Source: Gemmatimonadales bacterium (GTDB lineage: Bacteria > Gemmatimonadota > Gemmatimonadetes > Gemmatimonadales > GWC2-71-9). Taken from it: a stretch of 64,000 nucleotides of DNA. Below the pieces are notes generated by a model, which saw only the letters and a list, made by a program, of their open reading frames with translations, had not been told where the DNA came from and did no database searches. This document shows, piece after piece, positions 10,138 to 18,930 of the stretch (positions within the stretch are counted from its first letter, which is position 1; each line of letters opens with the position of its first letter). The translations under genes and the position numbers were made by a program. Location: positions 928,001 to 992,000 of the forward strand of contig JBBCJC010000005.1 of the NCBI GenBank assembly GCA_037189525.1, written 5' to 3'.

Positions 10138-12366
10138 ATGTACAATACTCTCAGATCGATTCGGCCCGGCCTGGCGGCCGTTGTTACGAGCACGCTCATC
10201 GCCTGTGGCGGCGGCTCGACACAACCGAACCCGCCGCCGCCTCCACCGCCCCCACCCCCGCCACCGCCGGCGGCAGTCGCCTCGGTCGCGGTTCAGCCGG
10301 GCACATTCTCGCTGGCCCCACAACAGACGCAACAGCTGACCGCCACGGTACGTGACGCCCAGGGCAACGCCCTGACCGGCCGGACCGTGACCTGGGCCAG
10401 CGATGCTCAGATCGTTGCCACGGTCAGCAACGCAGGTCTGGTCACCGCCGTTGGCGCCGGTACGGCCCGCATCACGGCAACGAGCGAAGGGCAGAGCGCG
10501 TCGGCCACGCTCACCGTGGTCAACGGCGTCCAGGTCGGATCTGCGGGCGGAAGTTTTGCCTTCGAGGACAGCACCGTCATCCTCACGATCCCCGCGGGCG
10601 CGGTGCCCAGTACGACCGTCCTCACCGTCACCCGCGTGACTACTCCGACCTCGACCGCGCCATCCGGATGGCAGCGCGTCGGTCCGGTCTATGCACTCGG
10701 CCCGGCCGGCGTTTCCTTTGCGCAGCCAGTGACCGTCACGCTGCGGTACGACATCGCGGACCTTCCGGCGTTCACGATGAGCGGCGATGTCGGCGTCCAG
10801 CAATGGACGGCCGGGACGGGGCGCAATCTGACGGGCGTGGCCGTCAATACCCAAAACCGTACCATCTCGGGACGGACCAGCAGCTTCGGGACCGCCGCCA
10901 TTGCGGGCGCGGCATCGTACGGATTGTTTGCCACCGGGACGGCCGCAGGCGACGAATCGGAAGTCGCGGTGATCGTCCAGGACCCGACCGTCAGCGTGTC
11001 TCCCGGCGAGTCGAGCGTCAACAGCACCCATCGGCACGCGAACTTCACCGTCGCCGTCGAGGCTCGCGGTGAGGGCGTCCCGTTGCCCGAGAACACCCCG
11101 GCTCTGCTCTACCGCTGGAGTTCGACGAATCAGCACGGCGGGCTGGGCATCGATGCTCCCGGAGCCAACCAGTGGACCGAGACCACCTCGGTCGAGTATG
11201 TCGCCACCAATCCCCAACTCGGGCAAATGAGCGGCCCAATCGATCAGGTGCGGGTGGAGGTATTGCTCAACCCCGAGTCGCTGACCAATCCGGCCGCAGG
11301 GCCGCAGCGGATCGTATCGGCCGAGGCCGTGGTCAATGCCGATCTTCAGGTGACCTACGACATCACGCCCGAGCGGAAGACGATCAAGCAGGGAGCGGAA
11401 GCGGACCTGCGTGCGCGCATGCGGGACAAGGAGGGCCGCGAACTCAACTTCGGCAGCGATATGAAGGCGACATGGGAAACCTCCGGCAATCACGGAGAAC
11501 TGCTCGAAACGGTCGGCCAGCAGGTGAAGTACCGGGCCTTCGAGGAGTTCGAGTTCCCTCCGCCTCGGGTGGACCGGGTGGTGACCGTGATCACCGAAAC
11601 GCGGCGCCACGACGCCGTGATCCGGGAAAAGAAGGCCATCACCAACACGATTACCGGTGAGAAGCACGCGCTGCTCGAAGCCGTGGACCTCGAAACCGAA
11701 CTGGTGCGCGGGGTCGATACGGCATTCGTCACGGTCGAGGTGGAGTACGAGGTCGAACTCACCACCAGCCGCGACACGATCCGGCTCGGCGAGACGGCGC
11801 AGCTCCGGGCCACCGTCGATCCGGAGCCTGAAGCGGAAGTCCGGTATCGGTTCACCTCGGCACAAACCCAGGGCTCCCTGACGCCGGCCAGTGGCACGCT
11901 GTCGCAGTCCTCCACGGCCCAGTACCAGGCGCGTCAGAACGCGACCGGAGGCACTGAGCGCGTCAAAGTTGAAGTCCTGAACGAGGCGCTCGAAGTGATC
12001 GCCGAAGACGAGGTGGAAATCGAGGTTGATGCGTGGCGATCGGGCAGCTTCAACGTATTCAGCCAGGATGTGAACTGCGTCGTCCCCTACATCGTCATTC
12101 CGAAGGTGGCGGGCGCAACCAGCTACGAAGTGCTGGCCGACCGGTTCAATCATCCCCAGCTCGGCACGCAGTATACCCGAACCTTCAGTGGAGCGGAGGG
12201 TGGCAATGCGCTCTACTCCGTCCAGGACATGGGCAATTCCTGGCGGATCCGTATGGAGGGCGGCGGGTGCGCCATCAGCGACGCAGCCCGTGACGTGATG
12301 CGCCAGGCCATGTTCACCCGGTTTGCAGGAATCCGGGTTCGCTTCCGGGTCACCGGAGGCCCATGA
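10138..12366 (+). CDS. Large surface lipoprotein with poly-Pro linker, Big_2 Ig-like and ZU5-like domains
   Basis: LIAC lipobox, Pro13 run, QLTATVRDAQGN..VTWAS..VATVS..GLVTAVG.GTARITATSEG (Big_2), LTIPAGAV..LGPAGVSFAQPVTVTLRY (ZU5-like). Confidence 0.8.
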   Translation: MYNTLRSIRPGLAAVVTSTLIACGGGSTQPNPPPPPPPPPPPPPAAVASVAVQPGTFSLAPQQTQQLTATVRDAQGNALTGRTVTWASDAQIVATVSNAGLVTAVGAGTARITATSEGQSASATLTVVNGVQVGSAGGSFAFEDSTVILTIPAGAVPSTTVLTVTRVTTPTSTAPSGWQRVGPVYALGPAGVSFAQPVTVTLRYDIADLPAFTMSGDVGVQQWTAGTGRNLTGVAVNTQNRTISGRTSSFGTAAIAGAASYGLFATGTAAGDESEVAVIVQDPTVSVSPGESSVNSTHRHANFTVAVEARGEGVPLPENTPALLYRWSSTNQHGGLGIDAPGANQWTETTSVEYVATNPQLGQMSGPIDQVRVEVLLNPESLTNPAAGPQRIVSAEAVVNADLQVTYDITPERKTIKQGAEADLRARMRDKEGRELNFGSDMKATWETSGNHGELLETVGQQVKYRAFEEFEFPPPRVDRVVTVITETRRHDAVIREKKAITNTITGEKHALLEAVDLETELVRGVDTAFVTVEVEYEVELTTSRDTIRLGETAQLRATVDPEPEAEVRYRFTSAQTQGSLTPASGTLSQSSTAQYQARQNATGGTERVKVEVLNEALEVIAEDEVEIEVDAWRSGSFNVFSQDVNCVVPYIVIPKVAGATSYEVLADRFNHPQLGTQYTRTFSGAEGGNALYSVQDMGNSWRIRMEGGGCAISDAARDVMRQAMFTRFAGIRVRFRVTGGP

Positions 12367-12392
12367 CAGAGCACAAGCTACGCAGGAAGTAG

Positions 12393-12439
12393 ACATGGCA
12401 ACGGGGGGCGTACCAAGCGTACACCCCCCGTTGCAATGT
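12393..12439. terminator. Hairpin between convergent genes, probable bidirectional terminator
   Basis: GCAACGGGGGGCGTAC-CAAGC-GTACACCCCCCGTTGC. Confidence 0.7.
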
Positions 12440-12466
12440 AGCGAACCTCGAAATCAGCTCGAAAAG

Positions 12467-12919
12467 CTAGCTCTTGAGCCGTTCGACGACGACGACCTTG
12501 AAGACATCCTCATTGCAGCGGAAATGCCGGGTGATCGTCTGCGTGTTCCCGGGCAGCTGCATCCGGTAATCGGAGCCCTCGACCACCACGGGCAAGCCGA
12601 GTTGGGAGGGAGCCGGCAGCAGGCCCTTCAGGTTGCCGCCGACCACGTTCGTCAGCTCGGCAAGGGCGTCCTGCAGATCCTGCCGTGTGAGGTCGTCCTG
12701 CGGCGTCGCAAACATCGAACTGGCCGCCTGCCGCCCCATCGTTTCGGTCATGAAGACGCCGATCGCGCCTTCCCAGGTACCCGAGACGGTCACGACGCCC
12801 GCATAGGGCAGCGACGACGTGTGCGACGCATCGGGATCGTCTTCCCACACCGGCAACTGCAGCATACTCTCCCAGGTTCCCTGCACGATCGGCAAGATCG
12901 ACTGCTCGAGCTCAGACAT
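12467..12919 (-). CDS. cheX: Chemotaxis phosphatase CheX
   Basis: VTVSGTWEG, DALAELTNVVGGN (ExxN), LGLPVVVEG; start overlaps cheR end with GAGGA RBS. Confidence 0.9.
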   Translation of the reverse strand: MSELEQSILPIVQGTWESMLQLPVWEDDPDASHTSSLPYAGVVTVSGTWEGAIGVFMTETMGRQAASSMFATPQDDLTRQDLQDALAELTNVVGGNLKGLLPAPSQLGLPVVVEGSDYRMQLPGNTQTITRHFRCNEDVFKVVVVERLKS

Positions 12920-13757
12920 ACTGTTTCCTCGTGTTGGTTGCCGCATACTGGTAGACGACCGCCGATCCGACCGGAGCGCGTTCGAACGCATCATCGAGCG
13001 CCATGGTCGTCTCGGCACTGCCGAGCATGAGATAGCCCTCCGGAGACAAAACCCGGCGCACCTTTCCGAAGATGTCGCGCTTCATCGCGGCGTCGAAATA
13101 GATCAAGACGTTGCGCATCAGCACGAGATCCATGGGCGGCATCACCGGCCAGGGCGCCGCCAGGTTCATCACCTGGTAGTCGACCATGGCCCGAATGTCT
13201 TCCCGGACCACCCAGTCCATCCCGACCTTCGTGAAGTATTTGAGCAAAAGCGGGGCCGGGAGCCCACGGTTGACCTCGAGCTGGGAAAACCGGCCCGCCC
13301 GGGCCCGCTCGACCATGGTGCTCGACAGGTCCGTACCGAGGAACGAGATCCGCCAATTGGCCAGCTGCGGAAAGTGCTCCTTGATGATCATGCAGATGGT
13401 CACCGGTTCCTGCCCCGAGGAGCAGGCCGCCGACCAGATGTTGAGCCTCCGCGTAGCCGCCCGGGCCTGAATCAACTCGGGCAGGATCGTCGTGCGAAGC
13501 GCCTCGAACGGATGCACGTCGCGGAAGAACGTGGTCTCATTGGTCGTCATCGCCTCGACGATTTTGGTGTGCAACGGCCCCGGAAGCCCCTTGGCAAGTT
13601 GCTCGACCAGCTCATCGACGCTCTTGAATCCCTCCGTCCGCGCGAGCGGGGCCAAGCGGGATTCCACCAGATATTCCTTCCCCGTTTCGAGTACGATTGC
13701 TGCGCGCTTCTCCACCAGAGTGCGCACGTACTCGAACGTGCCTGACTGAATTGCCAT
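12912..13757 (-). CDS. cheR: Chemotaxis methyltransferase CheR
   Basis: TTNETTFFRD, IWSAACSSGQEP, RNVLIYFD, LGSAET. Confidence 0.97.
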   Translation of the reverse strand: MAIQSGTFEYVRTLVEKRAAIVLETGKEYLVESRLAPLARTEGFKSVDELVEQLAKGLPGPLHTKIVEAMTTNETTFFRDVHPFEALRTTILPELIQARAATRRLNIWSAACSSGQEPVTICMIIKEHFPQLANWRISFLGTDLSSTMVERARAGRFSQLEVNRGLPAPLLLKYFTKVGMDWVVREDIRAMVDYQVMNLAAPWPVMPPMDLVLMRNVLIYFDAAMKRDIFGKVRRVLSPEGYLMLGSAETTMALDDAFERAPVGSAVVYQYAATNTRKQYV

Positions 13758-13758
13758 A

Positions 13759-14877
13759 TTACCGCCCCGAAGCTGCCGGCGTCGTGCCGACGAAACGTCT
13801 GTTCGCCGCCGTCAGTCGGATGATCTCACCCGCGATCTGATTGAGCGGCAGTACGGCATCGGCCAACCCGGCCGACGCAATGAAACCGGGCATGCCCCAG
13901 ACGACCGATGACGCCTCGTCCTGGACCACCATTCGGCCGTGAACCTCGCGGATCCGCTCGGTGCCGCGGAGGCCGTCCTGCCCCATTCCGGTCAACACCA
14001 CACCTAGCAAGGCCGAACCGTAGATGCTTGCTGCGGATCGGAACATCGGATCGACGGCAGGCCGGCAGGAGTTCTCGGGCGGATCCTGGGTCAGTTTGAC
14101 CCGGACGCGCGGACCGTCCCGGACCAGCAGCATGTGCCAGTCGCCGGGGGCGATCCAGCCCGCACCCGGCGTGATGATCGCGCCTTGCGTGGCTTCGTGA
14201 AATGGGATCTTGCAATGCGCCGTGAGCCGTTCGGCCAGGAGTCGGGTAAACATCGGCGGCATGTGCTGGGTAATGACGATCGGAACCGGGAAGTTGGCCG
14301 GCAGCTGCGCCAAGACTTCCATCAGGGCGTTGGGCCCTCCGGTCGACGCGCCGATCGCGAGCAGATCGACCCGGCGCGCGCCATCGCCGCCCAGCGCCTG
14401 GCCGGTCCGCGGCAGCGCAGGAACCGAACGTGCCGCCGAGACGAGCGTAGCCGCCGGGATCCCGGCCGCCCGCGCCGCGAGCGCCTTGATCTTCGGCACC
14501 ACCTCGTCGCGAATCCGCTGCTGCGCCACGGCAACGCTGCCCACGTTGGCCGGCTTGGCCACGTAGTCCGACGCCCCGCGCGAGAGCGCATCCAGCGTGG
14601 CCGCGCCGCCCCGCTCGGTGAGCGTACTGAACATGATGACCGGCAGCTTGGGCCACGTCTTCCGAATCTCGGAGACGGTCTCGAGCCCGTTGAGTTCGGG
14701 CATCTCGACATCGAGCGTCACGATATCCGGATTGACCTGCGGAATCTTCTGCAGGGCGATCCGGCCATTGGCAGCCGCGCCGACGACCTCGAGCTCCGGA
14801 TCGGCGGCCAGCACGTCCGTGAGCATGCGGCGGACGACGACGGCGTCGTCCACCACGAGCACGCGAATTTTGCGCAT
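13759..14877 (-). CDS. cheB: Chemotaxis methylesterase CheB (REC + esterase)
   Basis: VVDD, TLDVEMP, GASTGG, QHMP, RPAVD, LTGMGQDG. Confidence 0.97.
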   Translation of the reverse strand: MRKIRVLVVDDAVVVRRMLTDVLAADPELEVVGAAANGRIALQKIPQVNPDIVTLDVEMPELNGLETVSEIRKTWPKLPVIMFSTLTERGGAATLDALSRGASDYVAKPANVGSVAVAQQRIRDEVVPKIKALAARAAGIPAATLVSAARSVPALPRTGQALGGDGARRVDLLAIGASTGGPNALMEVLAQLPANFPVPIVITQHMPPMFTRLLAERLTAHCKIPFHEATQGAIITPGAGWIAPGDWHMLLVRDGPRVRVKLTQDPPENSCRPAVDPMFRSAASIYGSALLGVVLTGMGQDGLRGTERIREVHGRMVVQDEASSVVWGMPGFIASAGLADAVLPLNQIAGEIIRLTAANRRFVGTTPAASGR

Positions 14878-14887
14878 CGGGTGGGTA

Positions 14888-15262
14888 TTACGCGGCCGAC
14901 GCGAGGCCGAGGATCTCGAGCTTGCCCTGCAGCGAGTCCTTGGTAAACGGCTTCATCAGATACTCGTTGGCGCCCGCCTCCATGGCCTGGCTCACCTGCG
15001 AGGCCTCGGTTTCAGTGGTCGCCATCACGATCTTGAGCGCGTTGTACTGCGCGTCGGCGCGGACCGCCTTGACGAACTCGAGTCCGTTCATCTCCGGCAT
15101 ATTCCAATCGCAGAGGACGACATCGGGTGCTCCGTCCTGCTGCAGCTTCGCGAGCGCTTCTTTCCCGTGACCGGCTTCACCACACGTGAATCCGAGCTCG
15201 GTCATGAACCGGCTCAGCATGATGCGCATCGCGCGAGAATCATCGACAATGAGGGCGCGCAA
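14888..15262 (-). CDS. cheY: Single-domain response regulator CheY
   Basis: IVDDS, CDWNMP, YLMKPF; TTG start with AAGGAG RBS. Confidence 0.93.
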   Translation of the reverse strand: MRALIVDDSRAMRIMLSRFMTELGFTCGEAGHGKEALAKLQQDGAPDVVLCDWNMPEMNGLEFVKAVRADAQYNALKIVMATTETEASQVSQAMEAGANEYLMKPFTKDSLQGKLEILGLASAA

Positions 15263-15328
15263 CGTAACAACTCCTTGAGTGATGGTGATCGTCCGAATCC
15301 CGTTCTACGAGACCGCACGCTGTGCTTA

Positions 15329-15355
15329 GTGTCGGCCTCACGAGAACAAACTTGA
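15329..15355 (-). promoter_or_regulatory. sigma28 (FliA)-like promoter for cheY-cheB-cheR-cheX
   Basis: TCAAGTTT-N11-GCCGACAC versus consensus TAAAGTTT-N11-GCCGATAA. Confidence 0.65.
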
Positions 15356-15383
15356 GCTTCAATTCCGTATTAGATCGCCCGTT

Positions 15384-16273
15384 TTATTCCAGCCAGACAG
15401 CAACCGTCTTGGCTCCGGTATCACACCGGAACAGCGGGCCCTCTGCGAACCCGCTTACGACCGCGCCGCGGGCAATCTCGGCCACGTCGACCCCGTCTGC
15501 CGCGAGGCGGTACGCAAGATCTTCCGGGACCATGTCCGGCAGATCCGCGGCGCGATGCGCGGCAAAAGTCAGCTAGACCCGCCGCTCGCCGGCTTCGGTT
15601 ACCCGAAGCTTGAGGTGCGTCGAAGCGCCGCGCTGTGGTACGGACGGCCGCACCGGAACGGCTGCTGCGCCGCACGCTCGCACGATCGGCTCCGGCACCG
15701 CGAGACCGCGGACACGCGCCACAGCCCGGAACCGCCGAAGCATCTCGGCCTCGCCCCGATAGTCCAATTCACGCCGGAGCATCGCACCAACTTCCGCGCG
15801 GTACGCCGCGGCGTCGAACCGGCTCAGACCACCGAAGGGAAGCGTGATCCACTCGAGCGCCTGCAGATCCAATGCGAGGATCCTTCGATGTCCGGATACT
15901 TCACTTTGACGGCCACCGCGCGACCATCCGGCAGCCGCGCCCGATGCACCTGCCCGATCGACGCCCCGATACCCGCGGGGTCGAACTCCGCGAAGAGGTG
16001 TTGCGGATCGGTACCGAGCGACGCGCGGATCGCGCGGGCGGCTTCCGCCGCCGACAGAACCGGACCGGTGTCGGCGAGTTCCGGCAGCGAGGGCGTGCTC
16101 GAACCCAGGTCGACCGTGTCCACCACCTGCCCCACTTTGCGCGGCAAGCCACGGAGCGAGGCGAGGCGGTGAACCACCTTGGCCCGGAGTCGAGCGTCGT
16201 CCGGCTTCTGCTTGAGGAGGAGCATGTCTTTCGCCAGTCCCCCCAGCTGCGCCGCGCGCGTCAGCGTCGTCAT
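15384..16273 (-). pseudogene. Disrupted UbiB/ABC1 (AarF) atypical kinase with extra C-terminal domain
   Basis: KxGQ (RKVGQ), ASIGQVHRA, VAVKVKYP, RELDY..EA motifs; frameshift near 15880; catalytic loop and DFG absent after VPEP (about 15670); in-frame TAG at 15573-15575; frame continues to ...KTVAVWLE-TAA at 15384. Confidence 0.82.
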
Positions 16274-16324
16274 ACGAGTGACGCCGGAACGGCCCAGAGC
16301 CGCCCCGGCGTCTCCCCCGTCGGC

Positions 16325-17944
16325 TTACGCCGACTTGTTCTGCACGAGCCCCTGCAGCTCGGCGGCCATCCTCGTGAGCTCCGCCGACGCCTTGAGCGAG
16401 TCGTTGGCGCCCTGCGAGGTCGCGATCGCCGCCTGCGCGACGGCCGTGATGTTCTCGGCGATCTCCGCCGAGCCCTTGGCCGCTTCGCCCACGTTACGGC
16501 TCATCTCGTTCGTGGTCGCGGTCTGCTCCTCCACCGCGCTCGCGATCGTGGTCTGGATCTCCGCGATCCGGTTGATCACGCTGGAGATCTCCTGAATCGC
16601 GGTGACCGAGCCGGCGGTATCCTGCTGGATCGCCTCGATCTTCTGGCTGATGTCCTCGGTGGCCTTGGCGGTTTCCTTGGCCAGCTCCTTGACCTCGTTG
16701 GCCACGACCGCGAAGCCCTTGCCGGCCTCACCCGCGCGCGCCGCTTCGATCGTGGCGTTGAGCGCGAGGAGGTTGGTCTGCTGCGCAATCGAGGTGATCA
16801 CCTTGATGACCTTACCGATCTCGGCGCTCGATTCACCCAGCTTGGCGATGGTGCCGTTGGTCGTCTCCGCCGCCCGGACGGCCTGACCGGCCACCCGTGA
16901 CGCCTCGGAAGCGTTGGAGGCGATTTCGCGAATGCTCGCGCTCATCTGCTCCGTACCGGTCGCGACCGTGACGACGTTCTTGCTGACCTGCTCCGACGCC
17001 GCCGACACCACATTGGCCTGCGCCGCGGTCTCCTCGGCGTTGGCGCTCATCTGCTGGCTCACGGTGTTGAGCTCTTCCGCGGCCGCCGCGAGCGACGTGG
17101 CGCTCTCACGCACCTTGCGCTCCAGTTCGACCTTGGCCGTGATGATTTCCCACGTCACCATCGGGCCCACGTAGGTGCCGGTGGAGTCGTAGATCGCGCT
17201 CGCCAGGAGGTCCAGGGTCTCCGGACCAACCCGGATCTCGGCACGATGCGGCAGGTTCTTCGGGTCGCCCAGGAGCCGGCGCTGATGCGACGGATCCTTG
17301 TGGAAGATGTCGATGTTCGAACCGAGCACCTGCGCCGCCTTCACGGGGAGCCACTGCTCGATCGAGGCAAGCGTCTTGGTCGACGCCGGATTCATGTACT
17401 GGATCCGGAGATCGCGGTCCGCCATCATCACGTTCATGGGCGCGTTCTCCATCATGGTCATCGCGAGCGCGGCTCTCTTGGTGGCCGAGATGTCCGACGC
17501 GAACTTGACGACCTTGAACGGCCGGCCCGCCTGATCGACGATCGGGTTATAGGACGCCTGGATCCAGACTTCCTTTCCGCCCTTACCGAACCGCTTGAAC
17601 TCCGCCACCTGCGCTTTGCCCGCGCCAAGGTCCTGCCAGAACGTCTGGTATTCCCGGGACGTGGCGTACTCGGGGTCGACGAAGAGCCGGTGATGCTGGC
17701 CCTTGATCTCCTCGAGCCGGTAACCCAGCACGGCGAGAAAATTATCGTTGGCCGTGATGACGGTACCATCGAGTTCGAACTCGATGACCGCCTGCGTCTT
17801 ATTGACGGCGTCGAGCTTCGAGTTGAGCTCGTTCAGTTCGTCCGCAGCGATCTCGACCGTCTCCGATTGTCCGGTGAGCTCGGCTACTCCCTGGCTAATG
17901 TCCGCAGCCCGGCGATTCCGGGCGGGTGCAGTCGCTTGCTTCAT
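16325..17944 (-). CDS. Soluble methyl-accepting chemotaxis protein with two PAS domains
   Basis: [37 protein letters not shown] hairpin; two PAS domains; no TM segment. Confidence 0.95.
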   Translation of the reverse strand: MKQATAPARNRRAADISQGVAELTGQSETVEIAADELNELNSKLDAVNKTQAVIEFELDGTVITANDNFLAVLGYRLEEIKGQHHRLFVDPEYATSREYQTFWQDLGAGKAQVAEFKRFGKGGKEVWIQASYNPIVDQAGRPFKVVKFASDISATKRAALAMTMMENAPMNVMMADRDLRIQYMNPASTKTLASIEQWLPVKAAQVLGSNIDIFHKDPSHQRRLLGDPKNLPHRAEIRVGPETLDLLASAIYDSTGTYVGPMVTWEIITAKVELERKVRESATSLAAAAEELNTVSQQMSANAEETAAQANVVSAASEQVSKNVVTVATGTEQMSASIREIASNASEASRVAGQAVRAAETTNGTIAKLGESSAEIGKVIKVITSIAQQTNLLALNATIEAARAGEAGKGFAVVANEVKELAKETAKATEDISQKIEAIQQDTAGSVTAIQEISSVINRIAEIQTTIASAVEEQTATTNEMSRNVGEAAKGSAEIAENITAVAQAAIATSQGANDSLKASAELTRMAAELQGLVQNKSA

Positions 17945-18035
17945 ACCTTCCCCTTTCTGACCCCGGCCTGGCCGGCGTTGGTTGTGACGATTGACGACAT
18001 GGTTTGTTTCGGGTTCATATTGCTTGGAATCTGCT

Positions 18036-18491
18036 TCACGGCCGTCCCACGCCCGCCATGAGCAACGAGGCGTGTTCGGCCGGCTGGTCGAGATCTTCTA
18101 CCTGCGCATACGTCGGTTCGGGCGACGAGATCATGTAGCTGGTGGCGTAGTTTGCCAGTCGTAACACCACGAAGGCCATGCCCAGGTATCGATGCGCCAG
18201 GTGGGATGAGACGCCCGATCGCAGCTTCCGGACACCCAGGCCGACCTGGACGAGATAGATCAGCAGCACCAGCACCGAGGCGACGATGTGGAAGGTCAAC
18301 ACCGCACCGAGCGGCGCGGTGGTGACTTTCTCGACGGCGGACCGGGTCAACTCGATGTAGAGCACCAGCCCCAGGTCCACGACGAGCGCGGCGACCATGA
18401 ACGCGAGATGGATTCTCGCGCGGCGGCGGAAGTACAAGCCGAGTCCGACCAGGACCAGCACCAAGGTGGAGAATGCATGCAACCCGGTCAT
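18036..18491 (-). CDS. DUF420-like 4-TM membrane protein, His-rich
   Basis: Four hydrophobic helices with RIHLAFM, TFHIV, AHRYLG; ATGA overlap with cheW stop. Confidence 0.65.
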   Translation of the reverse strand: MTGLHAFSTLVLVLVGLGLYFRRRARIHLAFMVAALVVDLGLVLYIELTRSAVEKVTTAPLGAVLTFHIVASVLVLLIYLVQVGLGVRKLRSGVSSHLAHRYLGMAFVVLRLANYATSYMISSPEPTYAQVEDLDQPAEHASLLMAGVGRP

Positions 18492-18928
18492 TTTGCACTG
18501 GCCGGCTCGAGAGCCGTTGCCCGGGCCGTGTCGAGCACGAGCAGCAGGCGGCTGGGGAGCTTGTAGACGCCATTGATCAGAATCTTGGCGCTCGGCGGCA
18601 GCGTTTCGGGCGTCGGTTCGTAGCTTTCGTCCGAGGCTTCGATCACGTCGCCGATCTCGTCGACGAGGAGACTAATGGCGCCGTCGTCGCTCCGCACGAC
18701 GACATTCATCGGCTCGACGCCTTCGGGACGCGGCGCCAGGCTCAGCCGGGTCCGCAAGTCGATCGCGGTGACGATCTGGCCGCGCAGATTGATCAGCCCG
18801 TTCACAGCCGGCGGTGCGAGCGGTACCCGGGTCACTTGCAAGCTGCGAATCACTTCCTGGACTTGCAGTACGTCGACGCCGAAGTACAGATCGTTCACGT
18901 AGAACGTACAGAACTGTTGCGTGGCCAT
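18488..18928 (-). CDS. cheW: Chemotaxis coupling protein CheW
   Basis: FGVDVLQVQEVI, VPLAPP, GLINLRGQIV, LLVDEIGDV. Confidence 0.96.
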   Translation of the reverse strand: MATQQFCTFYVNDLYFGVDVLQVQEVIRSLQVTRVPLAPPAVNGLINLRGQIVTAIDLRTRLSLAPRPEGVEPMNVVVRSDDGAISLLVDEIGDVIEASDESYEPTPETLPPSAKILINGVYKLPSRLLLVLDTARATALEPASAK

Positions 18929-18930
18929 GG

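Noticed and set aside
9916..12396. 826-aa antisense ORF, and similar long ones at 23689-26304, 18814-20805 and 59093-60892
   Set aside because: They lie opposite well-supported genes and have Arg/Gly/Ala-rich composition typical of high-GC shadow frames
15573..15575. In-frame TAG as pyrrolysine or programmed readthrough
   Set aside because: The same gene also has a frameshift and lacks its catalytic core, and no pyl genes are in the window; decay is the simpler explanation
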